From NCBI GenBank assembly GCA_044892525.1, contig CM097886.1, positions 173,650,312 through 173,714,311 on the forward strand: a stretch of 64,000 nucleotides of DNA. Direction: 5' to 3'. The DNA is from Schmidtea polychroa (lineage: Eukaryota). Below, in pieces: positions 11,889 through 22,769 of this stretch; the first letter of the stretch is position 1; each line of letters starts with the position of its first letter. The notes below the pieces were generated by a model, which saw only the letters and a list, made by a program, of their open reading frames with translations, did no database searches and had not been told where the DNA came from. The translations under genes and the position numbers were made by a program.

Positions 11889-12748
11889 GTTCCTCCGACA
11901 TAATGCCCCTGTTGGGCTATCAGTTTGTTCCTCTTGGAGTTCATCCATGATTTCCTCGCCTATGCCTTCCTCAGGTTTCCCTGATTCCCGCAAAGGCTCC
12001 ACCTATTTGATGAACGTTTCCTTCTTTAGCTGTCCACTAATGGATTCGGCTGTTCGACCCTGACCGTGGACCCTTGATAGTTCCTTCGGATCCAGACCAT
12101 TCACCACTACTTCTCTCACTAGAATCTGAATTTCCTCTTCCTGCCATCTCGATTTCTTTACGACCCTTTCACCCAGCTCTTTTTCTATTAGAACATCCGT
12201 CTTATCCCCGTGAGCACTCTTCTGGTGCACGACTCTGCCAATTTTTGTTTTGAAAACCTTCTCACAAAAATGGCATTTATACATCTCGACCTCGCCCGTA
12301 AAATCCCGACCGCACCATTCACTGATAAATCGTTATTTATAGTGTTGTTTGTCATGGTGTTTTTAGGCGACGACGGTTTTGTGGACCGAAGTGCCTGTAG
12401 ATAGCTTCCCAGAAGCGCTTGCTGAGGTTGGACATTACCCAGCTTAACCTTCTTATCTGTCCTGACCGCCCGGGATAGGAGTTGCCTCCTTTTGGCTCTA
12501 TAGGTTTCCCTATAGTTACCATGAGCTTCCAGCTGTTCGAAAAGAATTACGTTTTGTTGCCATTCTTAGGAGAATGGGAAACGAGAGTAACCACGAGAAG
12601 GTAGTAAATCTTTTCTTTCCGCTCGCGCAGGAGATATCTCCTACCAGGGACGCTAACCTGCAGCACCTAGGCCATCCCTTACAGGGCGGACTGATCAAGG
12701 GCTTTGGGACCAGATTACCATAACTCAAATAGAAGAGAGTCATAGTTA
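11889..12748 (-). mobile_element. R2 non-LTR retrotransposon 5' fragment (5' UTR, C2H2 zinc finger, Myb domain), copy 1
   Basis: YKCHFCEKVFKTKIGRVVHQKSAH (C2H2) followed by RWQEEEIQIL...RTAESISGQLKK (Myb-like), the R2 N-terminal architecture; near-identical to 21092-21905. Confidence 0.88.
12539..12748 (-). ncRNA. HDV-like self-cleaving ribozyme of the R2 5' UTR (P1 5' strand missing), with 28S target remnant
   Basis: Minus strand: P2 GAAAAGAUUUAC/GUAAUUCUUUUC (11 of 12 pairs), P3-L3 ACC-UUCUCGU-GGU, P1 3' strand UACUCUC, GU, P4 CCAUUCU-CCUA-AGAAUGG, then CAAC; upstream TAACTATGACTCTCTT (12733-12748) equals the 28S sequence just 5' of the R2 site. J4/2 is longer than canonical. Confidence 0.72.
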
Positions 12749-14091
12749 TCAAAAACACAATTAGCCGCATACGCTACCAGACGCATACGCATCAAAAGTT
12801 TAACAAACGAACAAACTTATAAATCAAATAAAAGAAAATTCTCGCACGGGTGTGGGTGTGCTACTTTCTGAAACTTTGAAGGAATTTAGTCTCAAAAGTT
12901 TGATATATGGAAAAAGTAGTTCTTGTTAAAATTGGTATTGAATAAAAGTACAGGGAATTTTCAAAGAGAAAGTGGTTTAGAATTATGAAAAAAGTTTTAG
13001 TGGTTTTAATGTCTTAGTTATTAGTTATTATTATTTAAAACAAACTAAAAGTTAAACAAAGTTTCGATTCTTAGCCCAAAAATAATAATTATACATCATC
13101 TATAATTACTAACCATTCAAAGGCTGGCTGCTTGAATCTATTAATATTGTTACATTTATCGAAACGCAAATCTTGAAATATCTCATAACAAAAAATGAAC
13201 TTACCAATTTCCTATTTAAATTCGAATTGCTCATAATAATAATTACTATAAAATTATGGTTTCTTGGTAGCAGCATAAATTAAATGTTAATCAATAATTA
13301 TTCTTATTAGGGTTTCTAATGTCGTTAACGGTAGACTTAAGCTTATACTCTTTTATTTAAATCGACTCGTTAAGGACCAGGGTGTGCTGATAGAATTTTG
13401 GTAGTTCTTATTTTTAGCCATTTTTAAAAAAAATACTTTCCGTTTTTTCATTAACAATTTTTCCAGACAAATAAAAAATGCAAATATTAAAATAATTAAA
13501 AATGGGTTGAAAACTGTAATAACAAAGTGAGATCAATTTTTTGGAAGGTATCGGAAAGTACATAAAAATGTTAATAAAACTGAATAAAACTGCAAATAAA
13601 AATTTTAATAAAAATGTAAGTAAAGATATGAATAGCACAGAACATATCAAAAATATAAATAAAAATCTATATAAAAATCTAAATTAAAATGTAAATTAAA
13701 ATGTGAATAGCACAGAACATATCAAAAATGTAAATAAAAAACGACCTGCTGTTAGTCTTGGTTCTTGTGTTCCATCTAAAGTTATAATAAAAAAAATAAG
13801 AATTTTATTGCTAGTCGCAATAGGTAGAATCTGTTTTCACGCTTTTATTTCCTGTAGTACTTGACCTAAATAAAATTAGTTTACTGGTGTAATTGGCTAT
13901 TTAGTCGGCGAGTCTTGATATAGTGGTTACACTTGGGATCCACACTATACTGAGGGTTAAGTGAAACTGAATGACCATTAGTTAGACAACCCTAGTTTTA
14001 TCCGATACGTGATGGAAGAGGAGCATATTCACCAGACCTATTATATGTAGTTCTTGTTAAAATTGGTATTGAATAAAATTACACGGAGTTT

Positions 14092-14694
14092 TCAAATAGA
14101 AAGTTGTTTAGATAAAAAATTTTTAGAATGGGGGAGGAGCATATTCTCCAGACCAATAATATCCTCACTTTTGGTAATTCTTTTAAAGTCGTCTTTTATT
14201 GAATATATTCCTTTTTTCCTTTTCGGCATAGGAATTTCCTCCAATTGTTTGTGAGTTAGGTGGACATAAGGAACTGCTAAAATTGGCATGTTTTTGTTTA
14301 TTGTACCAGTCTCCAATAACTTGGTTGACAGTCTTGGGAATTGTTGCATTGCTGTCCACTGACAATCTCGAACTAGTGCTAGGATTTGCTCCGGTGCCAT
14401 CTTTTCTTGTTGCTAAATTCTAAAATTTTTTAAATATGAAAATACTAAAATATTGTACTTGCTCATTATTTCTTTTGCAGTCCTTATGTCCTGGTTGAAT
14501 AGGACTGGTAAAGTCGTTTGCGTGTATGATTCCGTCACCTCCTGGTAATCGGTGATCTCTAATGGGCGGGTCATCATCACTGCACCTAATATTTGAGCTT
14601 CTATCATCGAGTTGATTCCGATATTGATTTTCTCTTCCAACTCGAATCTTTTTGGGATGACCTTAACTAGTTCAAGTTTATCACATATAGACAC
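14092..14694 (-). pseudogene. About 200-codon unidentified ORF with one in-frame stop
   Basis: ORF-track segments 14413-14694 and 14092-14400 are in the same frame, joined by TAG-CAA-CAA-GAA-AAG; protein-like composition, no family recognised. Confidence 0.45.
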
Positions 14695-15408
14695 CGAAAT
14701 TATTTAGCAAAGCGTAAAATACTCCAACGTGAGTAATTACTATTAAATAATCAGTATTTTCTTTTATATTAAATATTTTTTGACTATTTTCAAAAGATTC
14801 GAATAATACTATATAAATTTTTGGGTTCTCTTTAAAAAAGAGATTAATGCAAGATATAGTAAATATTTTACTATTAATAGTAATATCCAATATTTCCAAT
14901 TATAAAATATTATTCATTGTTTTTTGTCGTGGTTCTTTAAAAATTATAGAAATATTTTATCTGTAAATAGTTTATCACATATAGACACCGAAATTATTTA
15001 GCAAAGCGTAAAATACTCCGAAGTGAGTAATATCAGATAGTTCCACTTGTTGGAAATTCTTAGTTAATTGGTTCCATAAATGACCACTTGCACTGTTTAC
15101 ACGAAGCCATTGAGTTGATTTTAGACTATAGTGGGGGGATTTCTTACTATCAAATAATTAATTAATAATACGAATTAATAATAAGAGATTATTGCAAGAT
15201 ATAGTAAATATTTTACTATGAATAGTAATATCCAATATTTCCAATTATAAAATATTATTCATTTTTTGTCGTGGTTCTTTAAAAATTATAGAAATATTTT
15301 ACCTGTAAATAGTTTATCACACATAGATACCGAAATTATTTAGCAAAGCGTAAAATACTCCGAAATTCTTAGTTAATTGGTTCCATAAATGACCACTAGC
15401 ACTGTTTA

Positions 15409-15534
15409 CACGAAACCATTGAGTTGATTTTAGACTATAGTGGGGGGATTTCTTACTATTAAATAATTTATTAATAATACGAATTATCCCCACATCCTCC
15501 CACTATAGTCTGGTATCAACTCAATGGCTTCGTG
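15409..15534. repeat. Imperfect 36-bp inverted repeat (MITE-like termini); left arm also at 15100-15135
   Basis: CACGAA(A/G)CCATTGAGTTGAT..AGACTATAGTGGG versus CCCACTATAGTCT..ATCAACTCAATGGCTTCGTG. Confidence 0.75.
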
Positions 15535-15654
15535 AAAAAGCCCCAAGCATTTTTTTCTATAATAACAATAAGTATAATATATATAATATATATAAATAAT
15601 AATAAAGTGTAATGTAATGTTAATGTTGCATTAACACATTACACTATGGTATAT

Positions 15655-15812
15655 TACATTACATTGACATTCTTTAAAGTGCGACATAGCGAAATTCGTT
15701 TTCCCAATCATAGTTTCGCCAATCATTATTATGACTTTATTGAGGCTGATAATCATTTTTCGACATTTCCAGTCACTATTGAACATAGGCTTTGCTGGAG
15801 TTCTTATTTTTC
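15655..15812 (-). pseudogene. Possible CRESS-DNA-virus Rep SF3 helicase (Walker A) fragment
   Basis: KVIIMIGETMIGKTNFAMSHFKE: hydrophobic strand, GxxxxGKT, then FA..HF as in many CRESS Reps; only about 50 codons, bounded by stops. Confidence 0.45.
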
Positions 15813-16090
15813 TCTAAGCAGACATAATACTCATTAAAACTCAATATGTATTATAAAAGCTTACCGTATGAGACATTGTTCTAATTTATTAGCCATCCTA
15901 ATAAATTCTAATGGCTTCTCTCTTTTTACAATTTAATAGTTATAATTTAAGTTTTTATGTTAAAATAATGAAAAAAGAAGTAAGATATTTATTTATTTTA
16001 ATATAAATTACATTTTTCAGAATTCACCTAAAATATCATGCTTTTTCAAGCATTTAGGAAAGAATCTTTTAATATGTTTATAGTAATTTT

Positions 16091-16721
16091 TCAAATTACT
16101 ATAATCTGGTTTTCTAAGTTCCTCAATAACTGCTTGGGATATTGCTTGGGATATTGCTTGGGATTCAATTCGGTTATAAATGGCTGATATGATTCCTTTT
16201 TAAAAGAGCCAATAATAATTTGTGAATGGATTGACCCATCTTTAGATATTGTCAAAACTAGTGAAATATTGGGACCTCGATTTGTTGGCATATTGCTATA
16301 AATTCGATTGCCTACTCGAGATCTTCCAATTATATTGTTTGCCCCTCCAACCTTCTTCAAGCAGACGTGTAGCATATATCTGCCGAAAATCCAATATTCT
16401 AATTGAATTTCTTTCTTCCACACAAGGCCTGATTCTCCTGAAAGTTATTAATTGATTTTTCAAGTACCTGGGAATTGACTTTGTTGAAATTTCTACATTG
16501 TGATTTATGGATAAAAACAATTTCATTTAATTTAATGGCGAATAATAATTTCTTTCGACATAATCGAGTAATTCCTGACCAATAATTATTGGTCGATTGC
16601 CTCCTCTTGTTCCAGTGGATAAAATTCCAGTCTTCCTATATTTCATAATGATGTTTGTTATTGTATTCCATTTAATAAAGAGAATACGACCTAATTCGTA
16701 ATAATCGTAGCCATCTTCCAT
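16091..16721 (-). mobile_element. Tc1/IS630-family transposase pseudogene fragment
   Basis: HTH region TITNIIMKYRKTG...RGGNRP, then RSRVG.R....PTNRGPNISL..TIS.DG.IH..II.GSF motifs; frameshifted; internal 12-bp triplication (TGCTTGGGATAT) at about 16131-16162. Confidence 0.82.
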
Positions 16722-16789
16722 TGCTTTAATGATATTGTGTTATGTTGAATATTCTCCAGCATTTCATTTAAAGCTGGAGCTGGTATGGG

Positions 16790-16965
16790 GAATATGACCA
16801 TTTTCAGGTGGTACATATTGGGCATTATATCTTCAATTTTTGGAATTGATTAAGTTGTTCTTCATGGTCAAAGTGCAGAGTCTTGGTCCCGTTGGACCGC
16901 AGCTGCACTTGAAGCAACCATGGCTCTTTAAATTTTCAATTGAATTCATAATGTTGCATATATGG
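16790..16965 (-). pseudogene. Cys-rich domain fragment, copy 3
   Basis: HICNI....LKSHGCFKCSCGPTGPRLCT(fs)DHEEQLNQFQKLK..CPIC, homologous to copies at 7660 and 8880. Confidence 0.6.
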
Positions 16966-17239
16966 TTCATTGATAATAAAACAATTAACATTGGAGTTTG
17001 TACATATTCAGTAGGCATGTGACCATTTGCAACTTGTTAAGGATAGATAACCTAAACAAAATACCTTTAATCATAATATACGCTGTGCATTGCAAAGGTC
17101 TTAGTTAATTTGAAAATTAAAAAGTTCAAATCAACATGAATATTTTATTAATCTAATAACAGTTATAAATTTCAGCGATTATTAATATTAATATAACGTC
17201 AATATTACTTGACTGAAATTTATAAAAGCACTAAAATAA

Positions 17240-17460
17240 TATTTGTCAATAATAGCATCAAAGTCTACTTTTTCAACTGTTTCCTTCTCTATACCAAGAA
17301 GTGCAAGATCTCAGAGAAGATCTTATCCGATCGACGCTCTTAGGCATGAGAGAATAAGTTTCAGCTTGCTGAAAGAACGCTCGCAAATAGCTATTGATAC
17401 TTCAATTTTTAAAAGAATTTGCAGAGTAATACGGAAATTGGGAAAAACATCACCATACGA
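17240..17460 (-). mobile_element. hAT transposase C-terminal dimerization domain fragment
   Basis: FPNFRITLQILLKIEVSIAICERSFSKLKLI..LRASIG*..L.DLALLGIEKE...VDFDAIIDK; a CAGGGGCGCAC hAT-type 5' terminus on the same strand at 17639-17649. Confidence 0.88.
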
Positions 17461-17678
17461 CACGATGAAAAAAACTAGTTCCATATGTGATGATGGTAAG
17501 GCATCACCGTTCGTAGTAACTAAAATTTTACAGTCTTGAACCAATTCTTCCTAGACTATCATTCCAGAAATAAGGTAACATGAGGAAATTGAAATTCCCG
17601 TGTCGGTGGCTGGAGCCAATTGCCTCCTCCTCACAGAGGTGCGCCCCTGAATAGGCTGTAATTTCGTTTCGAAAACGA

Positions 17679-17851
17679 GTTATCAAACTTGTATGAGGTC
17701 TCTTCTCATCTTGGTGGAACACTAAACCTTTTCTATTGATCAATTCTGGCCTTTTTTATTCAACTTTTCTAGCTGCCTGCAGTACACTTCAGAATTGACC
17801 ACTGTGTTGTCCGGTAGAAACTCATAAAACAATTCCTTTGAAATTCCACCA
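17679..17851 (-). mobile_element. mariner transposase fragment (catalytic domain)
   Basis: WWNFKGIV.YEFLPDNTVVNSEVYCRQL...KRPELINRKGLVFHQDEKRPHTSLIT, with a frameshift. Confidence 0.88.
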
Positions 17852-18181
17852 AACAGATAGCGAAAAGAGTCACAAGAACGAAAAACGTTGGAAACTTTAA
17901 TTTCAATAAAATCATTGGATAGATTGCCATCTGTATTTCAAACATTCAAAATTCCTTTCAACCGTAACCTTTTAAAACAAAAACTTGTAGAAAAAACCCT
18001 AATTCTACAATTTACAAAAAAACCAATCAATCAATTACTTAAAAAATAATAATTACCAATTCCTCGCGTCTATGTTACACACCAATACGATACCGTCTAA
18101 CAATACAGCGCACACAGAGTCGATAAAGAACAACGACAAAATCGACTGAAACAAAAAGCATTAGCTTTTATTTTGACTGTA

Positions 18182-18337
18182 TGATCTCTTACGTTTAACA
18201 TTGTTGTAGGCAACCCTTTTCTCTTCCCCAGTGATGATGCGCTTCAAAAATGGATCATTGTTTTGACGTTTTTGAAGCAAATTGCAGGCGTCAAGTCGAC
18301 TGCACATAATTCTTACCATAAAAGCACGAGGAACCCG
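18182..18337 (-). mobile_element. mariner transposase fragment (WVP linker to first catalytic Asp region)
   Basis: RVP....SRLDACNLLQKRQNNDPFLKRIITGEEKRVAYNNVKRKRS matches mariner DPFLKRIITGDEKW..Y.N..RKRS; probably the same element as 17679-17851, split by an unrelated insert. Confidence 0.85.
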
Positions 18338-18494
18338 TATGTAGGGCTTTGAGATTTAACTTAGGCGTTTGAATTATCATTGACGGTCAAATTCGATAAA
18401 TTATCTGTTTCAGCGATGTCACGAGTTGTAATTCACCCTCTTGTCTTACATTAATTAAAATATTCCTATTTTTGCGGCCACACTGGACTCATTT

Positions 18495-21400
18495 CAATAG
18501 GACTTAGTGTTATGTGCGGTCGACATTGCATGAAAAGATATTACCCCTCGCTTTGACGCAGCCAATAAATGTCTTACCATCAAGAAGCCTCGTCCCATCC
18601 TTTATCCAGTTATGAATAAAAGGAACTTCATTCGATCCGTTCAAGCCATAACCTTCATTACTCAAGTACAGCCAATGCTTCATCGCTTCATAGTAGTCGT
18701 TTTTGGTCTTCATGTCTTAACTTTTATCGGTTTCCGGCACTTTTTCAGTCTTTTTAAGATCGTGGGGGTGCTGCAGAACAACAATCTGATCTCCCGAATC
18801 TACCAAGCTTTCCAGTCGTTCTACGATCCCGTATTGGATTTCTGCTCTAATCGATGGTATCCCTGGACCGCCGTCCCCACACTTACTGTTGATGAACTCC
18901 GCCGTAGTGTCATTTGGCAGCTTCAACCATTCCCGTACAAACCTTCTTGTCCTCTTATCCAGTTCTCGCAATTCCCCTAACCTTGACTCCCCTAATATCG
19001 CGCGATGCATGATACTAGGGATCAAGAAACTACGAAGTATCTCCAGGCGCTGTTGCGGCTAAAGGGTGCTTTGGTAATTTCAAGCAACTTCTCAACATAG
19101 GAAGTACCAATATTCGCTTTAACCTTCCCATGTGAGTTAAAATACACACCAAGGTATTTATAAGTTGAATCGGGGTCGGAGCTCATATGAGGCACGTTCC
19201 CATCATTGGTAGTCAGTACATCTGACGTAACAAACCATTATGGCCATCCCTCTGTGCCGTTATTGATTTGGGTCCAGGCCGTTCCTTTTGAGCTCTGTTA
19301 GGGTTACAGTCAGTAATAGTTGCAACCCTTCTTTACTCTCAGCACATAAGACGATATCGTCCGCATAAGCCAGAATAGGTACTTTTCTACCTCCACGTCG
19401 GTACTCCATACCAGTTTTCTCCACTTCACCAATTGCCTGCTCAACAATTTTATTAAATAGTATTGGTGAGAGTGTTTCACTCCACGTTTCATCATTGCGG
19501 TTACTGTCCCGATCGTCGTACACGTGTTAGTGTAGCAATTCCTGATATAGTTTACAAGAACCTTCGGATATCTCTGAATCTTTGCACCTCTAATTATCGA
19601 CTCATGGTTCACAGAGTCAAATGCTTTCCTCATGTCTATAAACGCCAAAGATATAAGGCGTTTTTGGCTCCTCGCATCGTATAACAAAGCCTCTAGGAGG
19701 CAAATTTTTTCCAGCGTTCCGTCACATTTCTTGAAACCCTTCTGAGCATTTGAAGCTGGGGCCCACTTCGCGACCCGACTCGCCAAAATCTTGTGAAAAC
19801 CACGTGTCAACACAGAGCTAATGGTGATCGGTTTAAAATCTCCCCCTTCCCTGGGATCCTTAATTTTAGGAATTAGAGACGTGCGACTATTCTTGAGATA
19901 ATCCGGGATGTGACCTGATTTCAGCATGATATTGAACAACTTGCATATCATTCGCGCCGGAATTTTCGTTACTTGAGCAACACTTAGGCCGTCCGGTCCT
20001 TTGCCGTATCCAGCTCCATCTTTTTGAAGCTATAGGTAACACTCCCCATCTCTATCGGAGCAATAATTTCCGTGATTTCCGCTCCTGCCACTACTGTACG
20101 GTCATCTTTTTCACTCGGTGTCTCAAACACCTTCCAATATACATCCATACCTTCGATTATTTGAACTTGAGAGTCACACTCTCCATTTTCCATCCAATAC
20201 CCGAATGCGATCTTATATAGATTCTGCAGCTCAGCATATTGCATTTTCCGCAACTCCTTTTTTGTCGCTCTCTTAACAACTTCGAAATCCTTTCCACCTT
20301 TTTTCTTTTTGTTCGCCTTGTCAGTTTTTCTGCGAATTCGTCCAGTAAAACCACCCGCCCATTTTGATCCGAATCGATAGCCTTATCCAACAGCTCTTCA
20401 TACCAGTTTTTCCCAGGAACCTTTCCTTGACACTCTAGGGATCTCAGATATTGTTCTATATCCGGTTTCGATGTTTCGTCTCTAATCCAGAACATTCCGT
20501 GATCTTGTTCCTCCGACATAATGCCCCCTGTTGGGCTATCAGTTATTTCCTCTTGGAGTTCATCCATGGTTTCCTCGCCTATACCTTCTGGTATTTAAAA
20601 AAGAGATTAATGCAAGATATAGTATATATTTTACTATTAATAGTAATAAACAATATTTCCAATTATAAAATATTATTTATTTTTTGTCGTGGTTCTTTAA
20701 AACTTATAGAAATATTTTATCTGTAAATAGTTTATCACATATAGAAACCGAAATTATTTAGCAAAGCGTTAAATACTCCGAAGTGAGTAATATCAGATAG
20801 TTCCTCCGACATAATGCCCCTGTTGGGCTATCAGTTTGTTCCTCTTGGAGTTCATCCATGGTTTCCTCGCCTATGCCTTCTGGTATTTAAAAAAGAGATT
20901 AATGCAAGATATAGTAAATATTTTACTATGAATAGTAATATCCAATATTTCCAATTATAAAATATTATTCATTTTTTGTCGTGGTTCTTTAAAAATTATA
21001 GAAATATTTTACCTGTAAATAGTTTATCACATATAGAAACCGAAATTATTTAGCAAAGCGTTAAATATTCCGAAGTGAGTAATATCAGATAGTTCCTCCG
21101 ACATAATGCCCCTTTTGGGCTATCAGTTTGTTCATCCATGGTTTCCTCGCCTATGCCTTCCTCAGGTTTTTCTGATTCCCGCAATGACTCCACCAATTTG
21201 ATGAACGTTTCCTTCTTTAGCTGTCCACTAATGGATTCGGCTTTGATAGTACCTTCGGATCCAGACCATTCACCACTACTTCTCTCACTAGAATCTGAAT
21301 TTCCTCTTCCTGCCATCTCGATTTCTTTACGACCCTTTCACCCAGCTCTTTTTCTATTAGAGCATCCGTCTTATCCCTGTGAGCACTCTTCTGGTGCATG

Positions 21401-21905
21401 CCTATGCCAATTTTTGTTTTGAAAAATTGCATTTATACATCTCGACCTCGCCCGTAAAATCCCGACCGCACCATTCACTGATAAATCGTTATTTATAGCG
21501 TTGTTTGTCATGGTATTTTTGGCGACGACGGTTTTGTGGACCGAAGTGCCTGTAGATAGCTTCCCAGAAGCGCTTGCTGAGGTTGGACATTCCCCAGCTT
21601 AACCTTCTTATCGATCTGTCCTGACCGCCCGGGATAGGAGTTGCCTCCTTTTGGCTCTATAGGTTTCCCTACAGTTACCCTGAGCTTCCAGCTGTTCAAA
21701 AAGAATTATGTTTTGTTGCCATTCTTAGAAGAATGGGGAACGAGAGTAACCACGAGAAGGTAGTAAATCTTTTCTTTCCGCTCGAGCAGGAGATATCTCC
21801 TACCAGGGACGCTAGCCTGCAACACCTCGGTCATCCCTTACAGGACGGACTGATCAAGGGCTTTGGGATCAGATTACCATAACTCAAATAGAAGAGTCAT
21901 AGTTA
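18495..21905 (-). mobile_element. R2 non-LTR retrotransposon, 3'-truncated and frameshifted, copy 2 (5' UTR, ZF/Myb, reverse transcriptase, thumb/linker; no RLE endonuclease seen)
   Basis: LIPK..DP....DFKPITISSVLTRGFHKILA.R, AQKGF, FIDMRKAFDSVNH, LSPILFN, LAYADD (19356-19367), YKYLGV, GGPGIPSI, and the R2-typical DG..L....FI..VKARGN; interrupted at 20589-21090 by module M. Confidence 0.92.
21698..21905 (-). ncRNA. Second copy of the R2 HDV-like ribozyme with 28S remnant
   Basis: Same P2/P3/L3/P1-3'/P4 arrangement (P4 loop UCUA instead of CCUA); 28S remnant TAACTATGACTCTT at 21892-21905 (2-nt deletion relative to copy 1). Confidence 0.68.
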
Positions 21906-22370
21906 TCAAAATCACAATTAGCCGCATACGCTACCAGACGCATACGCATCAAAAGTTTAACAAACGAACAAACTAATAAATCAAATAACAGAAAATTTGC
22001 CTATGCCGATATAACAATAACGTCATAATTGTTGACTCAAGTTCTCAATGTCCCATCGTAAATATAGTAGATTTGGCTCGTTGGGGAGTGTCTTCCGCGG
22101 TCGTACCCGTTTTCTGGGAGTGCTTATTGTTGCTCCTTGGCTCTCGTTCGACCTGCCCCATGGATGGTCTAAACTGCGCTAGTTCAGATGAAATATGAAA
22201 TATCTTATGAAAAAGTGTTGGTTATAGAAAACATATCTGTGGTGGTTAGTCATTTTTAATAATATAATTAATAATCCGAACAATATTCAAAAATTATTAT
22301 ATTCTTTAAATTACAAAACTTTTTAAATTCCAAAATTTACAGGTAAAAGTAAAACAAATTGATTTAATTA

Positions 22371-22655
22371 ATGGTTTTAGACCTATCAAATAATGACGTT
22401 TCTAATTATATTTCTGATCAGATTGATCTAAGTAACTCTAGAAATACCACCTTATATAAAGATTTATCATTTTATATAGATGTCATTGAGGCTTTTAATC
22501 ATATAAGGGTACTTGAGATAATTAATTTATTAGACAACAAAATTGCCATTAACTTTGCTGATTTCGAGTTATTGAAAGATTTCAAAAAAATATCATCCCT
22601 TCCAATGAAATGTAAAATTCAAAATCAGATTATTAAACTGATAAATTCTCAATAA
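22371..22655 (+). CDS. Short ORF with an LRR-like start (VLDLSNNDVS..IDLSN)
   Basis: LDLSNN resembles the LxxLDLSxN repeat; the rest is AT-rich and uninformative. Confidence 0.2.
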   Translation: MVLDLSNNDVSNYISDQIDLSNSRNTTLYKDLSFYIDVIEAFNHIRVLEIINLLDNKIAINFADFELLKDFKKISSLPMKCKIQNQIIKLINSQ

Positions 22656-22769
22656 TATACCGAACTGTTCGATTGTTGTAACCGTTTTCGACGGAGTAGT
22701 ATTTTGGTTGTTATTTTCTATCTGTTGTGGATGTTCAAAGATGTTGGAGGGAATAGTGTTGCAGTTTAA

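Noticed and set aside
12699-12711. Twister-like GGTCCCAAAGCCC in the R2 5' UTR (minus strand)
   Set aside because: P4 is imperfect, the pseudoknot partners are missing and copy 2 breaks the motif; the region is better explained as J1/2 of the HDV-like ribozyme.
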